From Lingula anatina (taxonomy: Eukaryota > Animalia > Brachiopoda), in assembly GCA_051362555.1 (NCBI GenBank), contig CM120648.1, positions 3,778,587-3,842,586 on the forward strand: DNA of 64,000 nt, written 5' to 3'. Positions 37,649 to 48,810 of this stretch are shown here, piece after piece. The translations under genes and the position numbers were made by a program. Each line of letters begins with the position of its first letter. Within the stretch, counting starts at the first letter, position 1. Below the pieces are notes generated by a model, which saw only the letters and a list, made by a program, of their open reading frames with translations, was not told the origin of the DNA and made no database searches.

Positions 37649-39202
37649 ATGAAGAGATCGGTGCTTATCCTGCTGCTTCTGAGCATCATTTCGACGGGTG
37701 AGTGTTGTCAGCTGTCAATTGTGAAAATTTCTGTTAATTATTCAGAAAAGAGTCACACACTCTTTTAATGTGATAGTTTCTTTACAACGACTTTTGGCAA
37801 TTAAAAGGGTTATTTTCCCCCAGAAGCAACATTTTCCTCCTTTACTGGATTACATTTTATTTTTATCGATAGGACTTAGAAAAAGAAAAAGCTTAGAATA
37901 TTTTTAAAATCTACATGGGGACAGATGTGAATTGTCGGTAAATTGTCAATTAACGTTATACTGCTGTGGGAGTCAAAAAGTGATAAACATTTATATAATA
38001 AAATTGTAGAAGAGGAATTCTGAAAATGGTCGGCAGATTTTTTGCTTTAATTTTCAAGAAGAAAACAATCGAAAAAAATCCACTCCGCCATAAAATTCTT
38101 GAAAACATTCTGTAGAAATTCTTTTTGTTAACATTATGTTGCACATTATGCCCATATGATTTCCTCAGCAGTATTCAGCAACAAGGAGACGCTCTCTTCA
38201 ATTATTAATCAAATATAAAACGAGCTTTCTTGGCGGTAATCAATTGCGCTTTTTTTCCTGTCTCAGAGACGCTTTAAAAGACGAAAATATAGTATATCAA
38301 CGTTAGCCAATATATGTTTTGGGCTCTTGTAACAGAGTAGTATCTTAAGACCATGAGAGGTAAGCTTGGCTCTAACGATATACCATGCAGCAATATGCTA
38401 TCTGCTTTGGCTAAGTAGGTCTTAAAGCTAGTGACTCAACTGTAAATCGAGAAACAAAGTGACGGTGTTAAGGCCAAAGATTTTGAATACAGAGAATCAG
38501 TAGACTAAATTACATTTTTGCCAGATACTTTTGTGCTCTGCTTTTCTTTTCTTCTTCTTAAACATCTTTGCGTTTTAAAAAGATACTTTTGCATCGTTTG
38601 CCCCATAATTGCATGACCCTGTTCTGGTTTTACTTTAGAAACTCACTGGGAAGTTGTGTATGGCAAAAGTGCAGGTTAATGTGGAAAGTAAGCATAAGTA
38701 TAATAATGGCAGGAATTAATCTATTTTGCTTTCTCCTAACTTCCATATTTTGCATATTTTGTTTAAATATTTTTTTATTGTAGAAATGCCGGTTATACAA
38801 GTTTTAATGCTTTTAAGATTGATGAATATTTGTTTCTTATTCTTTTTGGGTACATATATTCACTTCTGGTGTTTTAGCAATTAAATTTGATTTTTTAATT
38901 TCAATTCAACACTTTTACCTTCTGGTATTCCAATGTTATATTTCGATTAATTTAAATATGAAATACGGTGCTACTGATTCTTTTTAGTCATTAGAAATAG
39001 TGATGCAGTGGTCATTCCACTATCAAAAAGGGCACCCAAGAGGAAAACGATTAAAGCCAACGTAAAGGGGTCGTCACCAAGCACCGGAAGCGCACCAAGC
39101 AGCGAAAGTACACCAAGCACCGATGGTCCACCATGGATTGGCCTAAAAGATTATGGTACAACACACATGTTTCAATACCTTTCCCTTCGCCAAGTTGACT
39201 AA
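37649..39202 (+). CDS. Small secreted peptide precursor, copy 3 (87 aa; C-terminus extends into former 3'UTR)
   Basis: Exons 37649-37697 and 38988-39202: MKRSVLILLLLSIISTVIRNSDAVVIPLSKRAPKRKTIKANVKGSSPSTGSAPSSESTPSTDGPPWIGLKDYGTTHMFQYLSLRQVD*. Promoter box at 37506. Confidence 0.78.
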
Positions 39203-39805
39203 GTGCGTCCATCTGCAAACCTACCTGATAATCTTTTTAACTTTGCTAAGCAACGGTTGAGGACTCTTTATGAGAATCATGGTTTAACTTGAATCCTACA
39301 GCTGTGGCCTGCAGTCGAGGGGTGTTTCCTCCCTATGAATTTTTAATATCTTTCGGATTTTATTAACTGTAAGCCTTTTCCTTCAGTACATCGCTTCACA
39401 AGTTTGTTAGTTTTGCATCTGCCACCATGTCGATGGGTACCACTGGAGAGGCATACAATATAACTGGAATCCAACAGTTCAGAATATATGAAAGTGCTAC
39501 CTGACCTGGACAGGGTTTAAGAAACAATACGAAGCAATTTCCTGATTTATGATTTTATATATTAAAACGGATCTGATAAGGGGTTTCATGTTATGGAGTT
39601 TCATTATATTTCGATTTCTTCGCTTTATGCATGAATAAAATGTTAACCAAAGCAATAAAACTGTTGTGGCCGTTTGTTTCGGTAAGGTGAGATAGAAATT
39701 AACTTATTAATGTACAGTGTAGTGCTTTTTATGAACAAAAAAATAATAGTACTACTTAATGATATATATGTAGAGCACAAATAAAACTATTGCTTTGATA
39801 AAGGC

Positions 39806-39850
39806 ATAATATAATATAATATAATATAATATAATATAATATAATATAAT
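39806..39850. repeat. (ATAAT)n pentanucleotide repeat at a homologous position downstream of copies 2, 3 and 4
   Basis: Also at ~34110-34137 and ~43991-44044. Confidence 0.85.
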
Positions 39851-40744
39851 TGGACGGAGAGAAGCACGTAGGAAGAGTTGTGAAAATCAATATTAGCATA
39901 TACTATGTTTCCTCTAATGAATTAATAAATTAAATCAACGTACAGGTAGTTCTCGCACTAAAATGCCGTTGCACAATAGATCACAAATCTGAAATGAATA
40001 TTGGTTTTTGCTTGCATGCATTTTAGGTTGTCTCTAACATACATCTAAATAGTTCATTAGCGTCGAAGTTGCCCATCCCGTGTAAAAGGTTTCATAAAGC
40101 AAAATATGGCGCTGTCGTCTAATTTGTTCATTGTATGCTGCTGAAGTTTTTTAAAAAAAAATTATAAAATTCATGGCATGTTCTCATGAGAACAGCGAAT
40201 GGCGGAAAGCTTCTCTGGCAGATTGCCAAAAAGGAAATCACGCTGTTAATTAGAAGAAATCCAACGTCATAGGTGAAAGCCTAAATTACTATTTCATTTG
40301 TTCTTTCAAGTGATATTGTGTTGGACAACACCATAATAATTATAATCACTTATGTTATGCAAAATTACTTTCCATAGGTTGACGTTTTACATTATTTTTT
40401 TCCTGGACCCTATACAGTTTTTCTTAACCTTTAAGATCTTAAAAAATTCTTATATTTCTTTATGGTTATAATGATGAGACCAAAATGTTCACTAAAGAAA
40501 TATTTGATGACCTTTGAAGATTTTGAAATAAAGTCGAATTTCGAAGGAATTTCAATAAACACGTTGACTTCGCTTCAAAGCACGGTTTTTAAATGGTGGC
40601 AGTTTGATATTAATAATGCAACTACATTTATCTCTTAAAAAAGGCAAAGACGTCAGTCTATCTGTCAACTTCATTTTTTGGTCCATTAAAAAGCTAAACA
40701 TCGGGCAAGCCCATGCTAGAAGCAAGGACACGGCCCACATAATT

Positions 40745-41335
40745 AGAGAGTTTTGGCAAGGCCTTCCGTACGACGTATAATGTGCGACGTCATCACTTTG
40801 TGCGTAGTTTTTCTCAAGGACAAGTCATAAGTCATACGGCACTACGTATGAATCGGTGATTACACGTAGGTAAGAAACGTATCGAATTTAATAGATTTAC
40901 GCTTATTTCTTTCAAGTTTAACATACTGCAGAGGAATATATAGGGTGTTAAGATTCCACTGAATCACTTTTAGACGCTGTCGGTAGAAATACTCTGTCAA
41001 AACAGCTGGAAAAACAGCCAGTCAATCAGTCGTCCGTAGTAGTATCAAATTCAATTTAAGTTGATTTTTTTTCATAAACAACAGGATCTGCGGCATCAAT
41101 TGGCGTAAATAACACATTCCATTCAACATTTTAATTATTCATCTATCTAAAAAGAATCCACAAGCAGCCCCATGTTCTTGTAATCCATATATATAGGCCT
41201 ATACCTTATCATTTTAAAAACCGCATACGGAGTGAGACCTGCCAAAACCACTGCTAGCTTTCTCGCGTACGTATAACGTATTACGTATTGAACTATACGT
41301 TACACGTCATACGGGAGGCCTTGCCAAAACTCTCT
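40745..41335. mobile_element. MITE with ~35-bp TIRs and 3-bp ATT flanks, directly upstream of the copy 4 promoter
   Basis: agagagttttggcaaggccttccgtacgacgt / acgtcatacgggaggccttgccaaaactctct, with att on both sides. Confidence 0.78.
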
Positions 41336-41522
41336 ATTAATCCTAGGCTCACGTGTAGTTCCAAGGCTGATCATGCATCAAAGTCAGTTCAAGGAGATTG
41401 CCTACTACATAAGGGTTGATAACCAACCTCTGACTTCAAACACGACTCTAAGTTTACCGAGAAGGAAGGTCTTTTTAAACGACACCAACTGAAGCGAAAT
41501 AAATCTTACCTACGAAATCAAT

Positions 41523-42939
41523 ATGAAATCATCGGTGGTTATCCTGCTTCTTGTTTGCTTTGCTGCGACGGGTAAGTATAGTCGATATTTAGAAAATGAT
41601 TTGGTCAACTGTGCTCAACAGTAAGTTAGTAAGCTCAATACCATATGCATATATTGATGTTCAAATAGTTTTAATCTTAGAGGCTTGTTCACTGAAGTAC
41701 AATGCTGTAAAGGGATGATTTTATATTAGTCAGATAAGATTTTAAATAATTGGTAGACTGGCGTAAGTTGTTCTTTATGACTTTACAGTTATTTCTCAAT
41801 AAATTCGACAGATATATTTATCAGCTATAACTCCCAAAATATTTTGGTAGTAATTATAACAGATGTTGACACGATATACTTGAAAAAACTAATACAGAAA
41901 GTCTTGTATCAAAATGTCTCGATTAGTTATAACATTAGAAAAGAGAAGCTTCCGAAAATTTTCAGCAAATACCGTACATGATGTTAACCACCCTCTCTGA
42001 TATCCCTGCTTCTAATTTAAGATTAACGAAGAAAACTTACTGGTTTGCCTGCAAGACTCCACTAACCAGTTTCATTAATTGACCCGCCAATAAATTCTTG
42101 AAATTAATACTGTATTTCTTCTTCTTTTGTAAATTATGTTCCACGAAGGCCTTATGATCATCTTTGCAGTCTTCAACTAAATAATTAATCGAATATGAAA
42201 CAAGCTATGCTCATGATGTGACAGCGATTTTTCTGAAGTCTCACTAGGCTATAAAGGTTAGACTCAAACAATATAATTGACATATGAGAAAGGTGATCTG
42301 ATATCTTCTGGTATAAAAGAATCAAATATATCTAATATAACAAATACTAAACATTCTGTGACGTGATATTAGGCCTATGGTATTTCAATATTATACCTTG
42401 ATACTGAACATCGTGCAGTTGGTATTCTGTGGTATGCTTCAATTGCCACAACTGAACGTGGTTAGCAATGCGACATTATGTGCAGATCTAGGGACTGTTT
42501 CACATAAAACTTAAAGACAATACTTATACCTAATTCTTATTCGACTGAGGGTTATTCAACCTAATTGCATTTCCTAGATAATTTTGAGTATTTTTCTTTC
42601 AAGGTATTTTTAATGGATTGCCCATAACTGCCAAGCTGTAATCTGATTTACTTACAGTGAAATTTGTGTGCCAAAAATGAAGATAAAAGTTGGCATAAAA
42701 TGCTGTAATACCACGATTTTTTTTCTTGTATTTTGGACACGATCCATGTTTTCTGTAATTGCAAAACGTATTTGTGTTCTATTTAAAATTTGTAGATGTT
42801 TTCTATTGTAAAATACTGGTCAAGTTAAAATGGTGCCTTGATTGTTGAACAATTGAAAGCATTAATGCCTTTCTCCTCGTGTATACCAGTTCTATAGTAA
42901 TAATTTCTCATACAACGACTTCCGTAATACAATGGCTTG

Positions 42940-42998
<59 letters not shown>

Positions 42999-43557
42999 GG
43001 GTTGTCGAGACGCCCTTCTTACTTATGGGGTGCAAATGTGACCGGATGATAAGTTGTCACCGTTTTCACGCTTATTGTATCACGTGGGTCGAATGAGCGT
43101 GGAATATAAATTCCCCGCGCTACTTCTTATACGTGTCATTTCTTCGGTCATTTTTGCCTCTGTCATTCGTCAGATGTACTTTATATTAAATAAAGGAGCT
43201 GATATGGAAACTAATGTGCATGTCAATATATATCGAGTTACATTTTTATTTTCGGATATTTACATTCATACCTGGCACTGAGACAATCTTTACACCATTT
43301 CCGGTGAAAGTAATGTATAATTATCTGTATTGTGTATATGCCAGCTGTCCCAAATTCGTCTTTCGGCTTATCCTGGTGAGCAATACAGTGCATTTCATTC
43401 CTTTTCAGTTATTCTAAATGGTGAAGCAGTGAACATTCCACTATCCATAAAAGCATCGGTCGGAGAGGATGAAAACTTGAAAGACCAAATAGAGCCACGA
43501 AGCAGTTCAGGGTCCTCACCAAGCACCGAAAGCTCAGAGAGCTCTGAAAGCCGTTAA
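41523..43557 (+). CDS. Small secreted Ser/acidic peptide precursor, copy 4 (65 aa)
   Basis: Exons 41523-41571 and 43409-43557: MKSSVVILLLVCFAATVILNGEAVNIPLSIKASVGEDENLKDQIEPRSSSGSSPSTESSESSESR*. Promoter box at 41376. Confidence 0.85.
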
Positions 43558-45563
43558 ATGGATATCGAACAACGCGCATGTATCAGCTTCTTTCCCTTCG
43601 TCCAGTCAACCAATTGTGTCCATCTGTAAAACAATCTGATCCACTTTTTAACTTTGCTAAACAATGGTTGAGGACTCTACACTTAACACTTGTTTATCCT
43701 ACGTTCTACCTTCAGAGACGTAGCCTACAGTGAACGCCCCCCCCCCCCTTAGTGGAGGGGTTTGATAAAAATGACAATATTTAAGAAACAATTGGAAAGC
43801 AGTTATATTACTGCATTTATTAACATTCTGAATGGGTAAGATTTGGAGCTTTATGCTCTTATATCTACGGAACTATTCTCTTTCACTTTCATAATGTAAA
43901 ATGATGTTGTTTCAATTTATTACTGTACCTCTTGCTTAAATAAAGTCTTTGCTGGAGATATGCGTTTCAGTGATCGGAATAAAACATTTTAATATAATAT
44001 AATATAATATAATATAATATAATATAATATAATATAATATAATATGCATTCGTAATAAAGTCTCAGTTTTGTAATTTTTAAAAATAAATTTTCTATCAGG
44101 GATTCACCAAGATACTTTGCAGTAATTAGAATAATAATAAAACTGGGAATTGTCGTTTAAATTACCAGCAATTCTTATAGTTCCCAATGGTATGTTGCCC
44201 ATGTTAAGCATCATTTGACAACTTGGCGAATTCAAGAGCTTAATGATATGAGATTTTTATGGCAACAAAAAAAGCTTTGGGAATAATCAAAACAGGCCTA
44301 TGTGTCTTAAAAGCTAAGAAAGCGTGATACATAAGTTGTGTAAATAAAGTAAGCGCAATAAGGTTGGCGCCAGAAGAAACGGGATACACTTTTCTGCTGT
44401 TCTGATATAGTTATGGAGCAAGCACACTTTAAGCGTCATTGACATAAATCTAAATACTTGATAAGCGTCGAGGTTACCAGTACAAAATGGTGGATAAAGC
44501 CCATCCTGTGTTATATTATTCACAAAACGAAAACTAAGAAAGTTTGCTCTGTCGTGTTCTTTTCAAATCTGGAGCTGAAGTAGGCCAAATTAAATAACAA
44601 ATAAACATATTTTAAGTCACATTTCCACGTGAACTGTGAATGGCAAACCTTGCTCTGGAAGGCTGACATTACTTTCAAATGGGGAAAAACCTTGTTAAAT
44701 AGAGTAAAAGAAATTCAATCCCATAAGTGAAAGCCTAAGTTTTTTATTGTGCCTCACTCATAATTAAATTTTATTTACAGTTTGACTTAGGCTTTCAATA
44801 CCATCACGTTCTCAAAGCAATGGTGTAACATATATTGCTTGCTCCCCCAAAAATCTTTGAAAAAATTGAAAAAGATCCAATATATTGTGAAGCAACGAAA
44901 ATGTGATAAGATTTAGTTTGAATATATCAAGTGCAATAAAATTTGTGCCTAGATTGAATTGGTTACATTTTTAGCAGGTTATTTGTTGAATTATAGTTCC
45001 TTTATAGGCCTACTGGTCGCAGCTGAAGCTGCGCAAGCATAAATCAAAATAATTAGTGGTCGTTGATACTTTTTAGAAAATGCATAATATGGAATTGAGG
45101 TGTGACAACCTTTTCGATGAGGATTAAAGAGGTACAGATTGGTATAAAATTTAAAAATAAGTTACATAAAGAACACAAAATGCTGCCTTCATACTTTTAC
45201 CTAGATGTCACGAGGTTAACTGTTTATGGCACCAATATAAATTACTCACTTTCACGTGAATTGTACGTGGAGGAAATAGCTCGGGCAGGCTGCCAAACGT
45301 TTTCGTCAAATAAGGAAATCACTTATTAAAAAATATCACATGATCTGAACGCCAAGGCAAAGGTACTATTGATAGTTTGCCCCATGATCACGATTTGCTT
45401 CAAGGACGAGCATGCATCAAAGTCATTTCAAGGATAACAAACGCAATATAAGTGTTGAAAATCACACTTCCACTTTAAACAATACCTAGAGATAATTGTG
45501 GAGAATACTGCCTCTAAAAATATATCAACTGAATCGAGAAAAGGACATATTTACGAAATCACT

Positions 45564-47766
45564 ATGAAGACGTTGGTACTTTTTCTGTTGCTCGTTTGCT
45601 TCATTGTAACGGGTAAGTATTGTCACCTCTGAATTTGTCATTTTATATACAGAAAGTCATTTTATTAGCTAAGTTATACATTAAGTCTCTGTAATTGTAA
45701 CTTGAAATGATCTTCTGGAGTTACGATACATGAAGGTCCCATATTACTGATGCCGGTTTGAAGAAACTGTTGAAACATGGTGTCATGCTTATTTTCTTAA
45801 CAAATGCCATAGTTGCATTTGTTTTGAGTTTCTTTAAGACTGAACAGTGGAATTCTTTATGTGCATTACTTTTATTCACCTACACACACTGGACAAAAGA
45901 AGTGTCACCCTTACTGAGCCAATACTATGGGGGAGATAAATGACTGTGGAATGATATGCTCCTGGTATCATTTTATTACCATCAAATTTCACAATAAAAT
46001 CACAAAATGAGAACAAAATATACATTCTACCAAAATATGCAATTTCAACTCCAAAATTAGTACTTAGTGGCATAGCCACGTGGCCTAATAATAGGTGCCA
46101 GTCTACGAAGCAAGGATTCGTATAATTGTCTGATGCGTTCAGGGCTTATGCTGGCCCAAGCATGAAACACTGAATATAACAGAGTTTCTCTGCTTGTTAG
46201 ACGGGCATTTGTCCAAAGTTTTGACATATCATTCCACGCATTCTCTATTATGTTTGCATCCGGACTCTGGGCAAGCCACATCACCCTGCGAATGTCGTGT
46301 TGGTCAAACCAAGGAGTTATAACTCCTTGGTCAAACCAATCATCAACTGCTCTGGGCCTGTGACAAGGAACATTGTCATCCTGGTGAACAAATGGATATT
46401 CCTGTCACCAAACATGTTAGTAATAGATGGTACCAAGCATGACTCCAAAACATCGATATATTTCTAGTGATTCATGTTTTCATCAACCACTATCAATTCG
46501 CCCACGCCATGGATGCTGATGCAGCCCCACACCATGATGAATATGCTGCTCCGGGTTCGAAAATTAAGTACATGTGGTTTAAATGCTTTACCAGCAGTTC
46601 GCCAGCATTGTACCCGTCTGTCATCAGAGGTCAGACCAAAGCGACACTCATCAGAAAGAAATATATAGGACCAATTGTCATGGACTGTCCAGTTCCAGAT
46701 CCTGTTGACCCTAGTTCACTCCACGTTGCCCGTTTTGTAACGATATAAGAGGTTTCAGTCTTGCTACCCTGCTGTACACTCTATAAGCATGTAACCGACG
46801 CCTAGCAATTTTCACAGACACATTCTTATCTGTGAAATTGTTCCACTGTGTTGTCAACTGACAAGCAGTGTCGAACTTTGACAACCTGGACATCAAAATC
46901 AGTCGTCGGTCTTCACGGCCAGTAGTTTTTCTTGGACGACCCATCAGAGACAATTTGTCTCTTGATCAAGTGTTTCTATACCGAGACCAGACCCTCTGCA
47001 CGGTTCTGACTAAACAATTCAATTGTATCGATATACTGACATTACTTATATTCCGCCTCTTCAGGTTAATAACTTGCACCTATAACCGTTAGATAATTAC
47101 CTGTATCTTGCCATATTGGAGGAAGACAGGAATAACATACATTAACTGTACATGTCCAAGACCAACAATACAATTCCATGGTATAGCAGTTTTATACTCA
47201 TTAGTCACATTATAAGTAGACCAGGCATTATAAGTACCCAAGATCTGCCTACTTTTATTGCTCTGAGTTAGGGGGTGACACTTCTTTTGTCCAGTGTGTG
47301 TAGTACTGCACGATGTTCCTCACAATGCTCTCAAATAATCAAGTTTTTGCCTAAAGTAAGAAAGCATATATTACATTACATTCTTGATGCCTGAAAAAAA
47401 ACCTTTTATACACACTGTTGTGCGCGCGTTTTGTAAATATCTTTATATATATAAAATAGTGAAAGGCTTTGGTCAAAAAAATATGCATGCCGCTGAAAGT
47501 TTCAATATTCCATACGTTTTTTGTACGTGTCTGCCTGCTGCTCAACTTCCCTTTGATCCCGCTGAATAAAACAGAACGTTTATTTTTCAGTCATTAGAAG
47601 TGGCGATACATCGGCCATCCCGCTGTCAAAAAAAGCGGGAAGCAGATTTAGCGGAGAGCAGATTGAAGCCAAATACAGTAGGTGGGCATCAATCGACCCA
47701 CGTGAGCTACGCACCACAAGTCCGGAGCTCCTCGAAGACTTTGACGCCGTCCCCACATTTAATTAA
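45564..47766 (+). CDS. Small secreted peptide precursor, copy 5 (74 aa; Tc1 element in the intron)
   Basis: Exons 45564-45612 and 47591-47766: MKTLVLFLLLVCFIVTVIRSGDTSAIPLSKKAGSRFSGEQIEAKYSRWASIDPRELRTTSPELLEDFDAVPTFN*. Promoter box at 45415. Conserved 3'UTR block aactttgctaagcaatggttgag near 47838. Confidence 0.78.
45883..47300 (-). mobile_element. Full-length but inactivated Tc1/mariner transposon
   Basis: TIRs cacacactggacaaaagaagtgtcaccc at both ends with TA duplications. Broken transposase at ~47114-46057 includes GRPRKTT, QDDN.PCH and WLAQSPDANIIENAW...GYATKY, with frameshifts and stops. Confidence 0.93.
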
Positions 47767-47989
47767 TTTGGATCAACTGACACACGTGGACATCCTTCCC
47801 AGTAAGACCATCCGCAAACGAAGCTGATTATCTTTTGAACTTTGCTAAGCAATGGTTGAGAACTCTACATAAGCATCTTTCTTAACTGGCATCATGCAGT
47901 TCGGACCGGAAGTCTCTTATATGTTCTTCGGTAATCGGCTATTTGAGCAAGAGCGCTGAAGTTAGTGTCTAGTTTCTAGTTTCCAATTT

Positions 47990-48223
47990 CGTTTTTCAAA
48001 AACGAACCTGGCAACCAGAAACTAGTGTCGTTTTTCAAAAACGAACCTGGCAACCAGAAACTAGTGTCGTTTTTCAAAAACGATTCTGGCAACCAGAAAC
48101 TAGTGTCGTTTTTCAAAAAACGATTCTGGCATCCAGAAACTAGTGTCGTTTTTCAAAAACGATTCTGGCAACCAGAAACTAGTGTCGTTTTTCGAAAAAC
48201 GATTCTGGCATCCAGAAACTAGT
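47990..48223. repeat. 39-bp tandem minisatellite, six units, internally palindromic
   Basis: Unit cgtttttcaaaaacga(ac/tt)ctggcaaccagaaactagtgt with no spacers between units. Confidence 0.92.
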
Positions 48224-48389
48224 ATTTTCAAGGTTTTTAAAAGACATCAACAAACATTTTATTTCAAGTTAATGCAATCAATTTTTCTTTTTATGTGAAA
48301 TGAAAGTCAGTGACAACAAAAATATAATTTTTGAAATAAATCCTATATTGAATCATCTTGTATAGGCCCACGTTACGTTTCACGCAGCC

Positions 48390-48810
48390 CTCACATAGCA
48401 GTATATTCAGCTAAATAAATTACTCACCTCAAAAATTAATCAAATATGAATCGTTTTTTCATGATGTGACAGAGATTCTCTCGTCACACCAAAACCACTT
48501 AATTGACATACAAATATCATCTAAGCAGTATAATCAGCTAAATGAATTATTCGCTTTCATAGTTATTCGAATACGAATCAACTTTTTGACAGATGTTTTT
48601 TCTCCAGTCACACCAAAACCATTAATCCACATTATAGAAATATGATTAAAGTTTTTTCAATTATTTTTGCATGGATTCCTCATTACTACAAGATTCTTAT
48701 CTTGTTTTACTTGAAACTTACTTCAATTTATTTCAGATGTGTAAGGAGAGATGAAGGCCTACTTCAAAAGGTTGACATAAAATACTGCGAAAGAATGTGG
48801 CATTTTGCAT
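48390..48810 (+). repeat. Orphan fragments of the peptide-gene intron (partly duplicated), without exons
   Basis: aattaatcaaatatgaa...atgatgtgacag matches ~42183-42245 and occurs twice. 48650-48800 matches ~42590-42720, ~38580-38720 and ~32800-32940. Confidence 0.6.

Noticed and set aside
47600-47827. ORF-track proteins 47600-47827 and 52836-53072 as the peptide products
   Set aside because: Wrong frame. Phase-1 splicing from the signal exons gives the frames homologous to the other paralogs.
47990-48223. Palindromic 39-bp repeats resembling a CRISPR array
   Set aside because: The units are contiguous with no unique spacers, there are no cas genes, and the context is eukaryotic.
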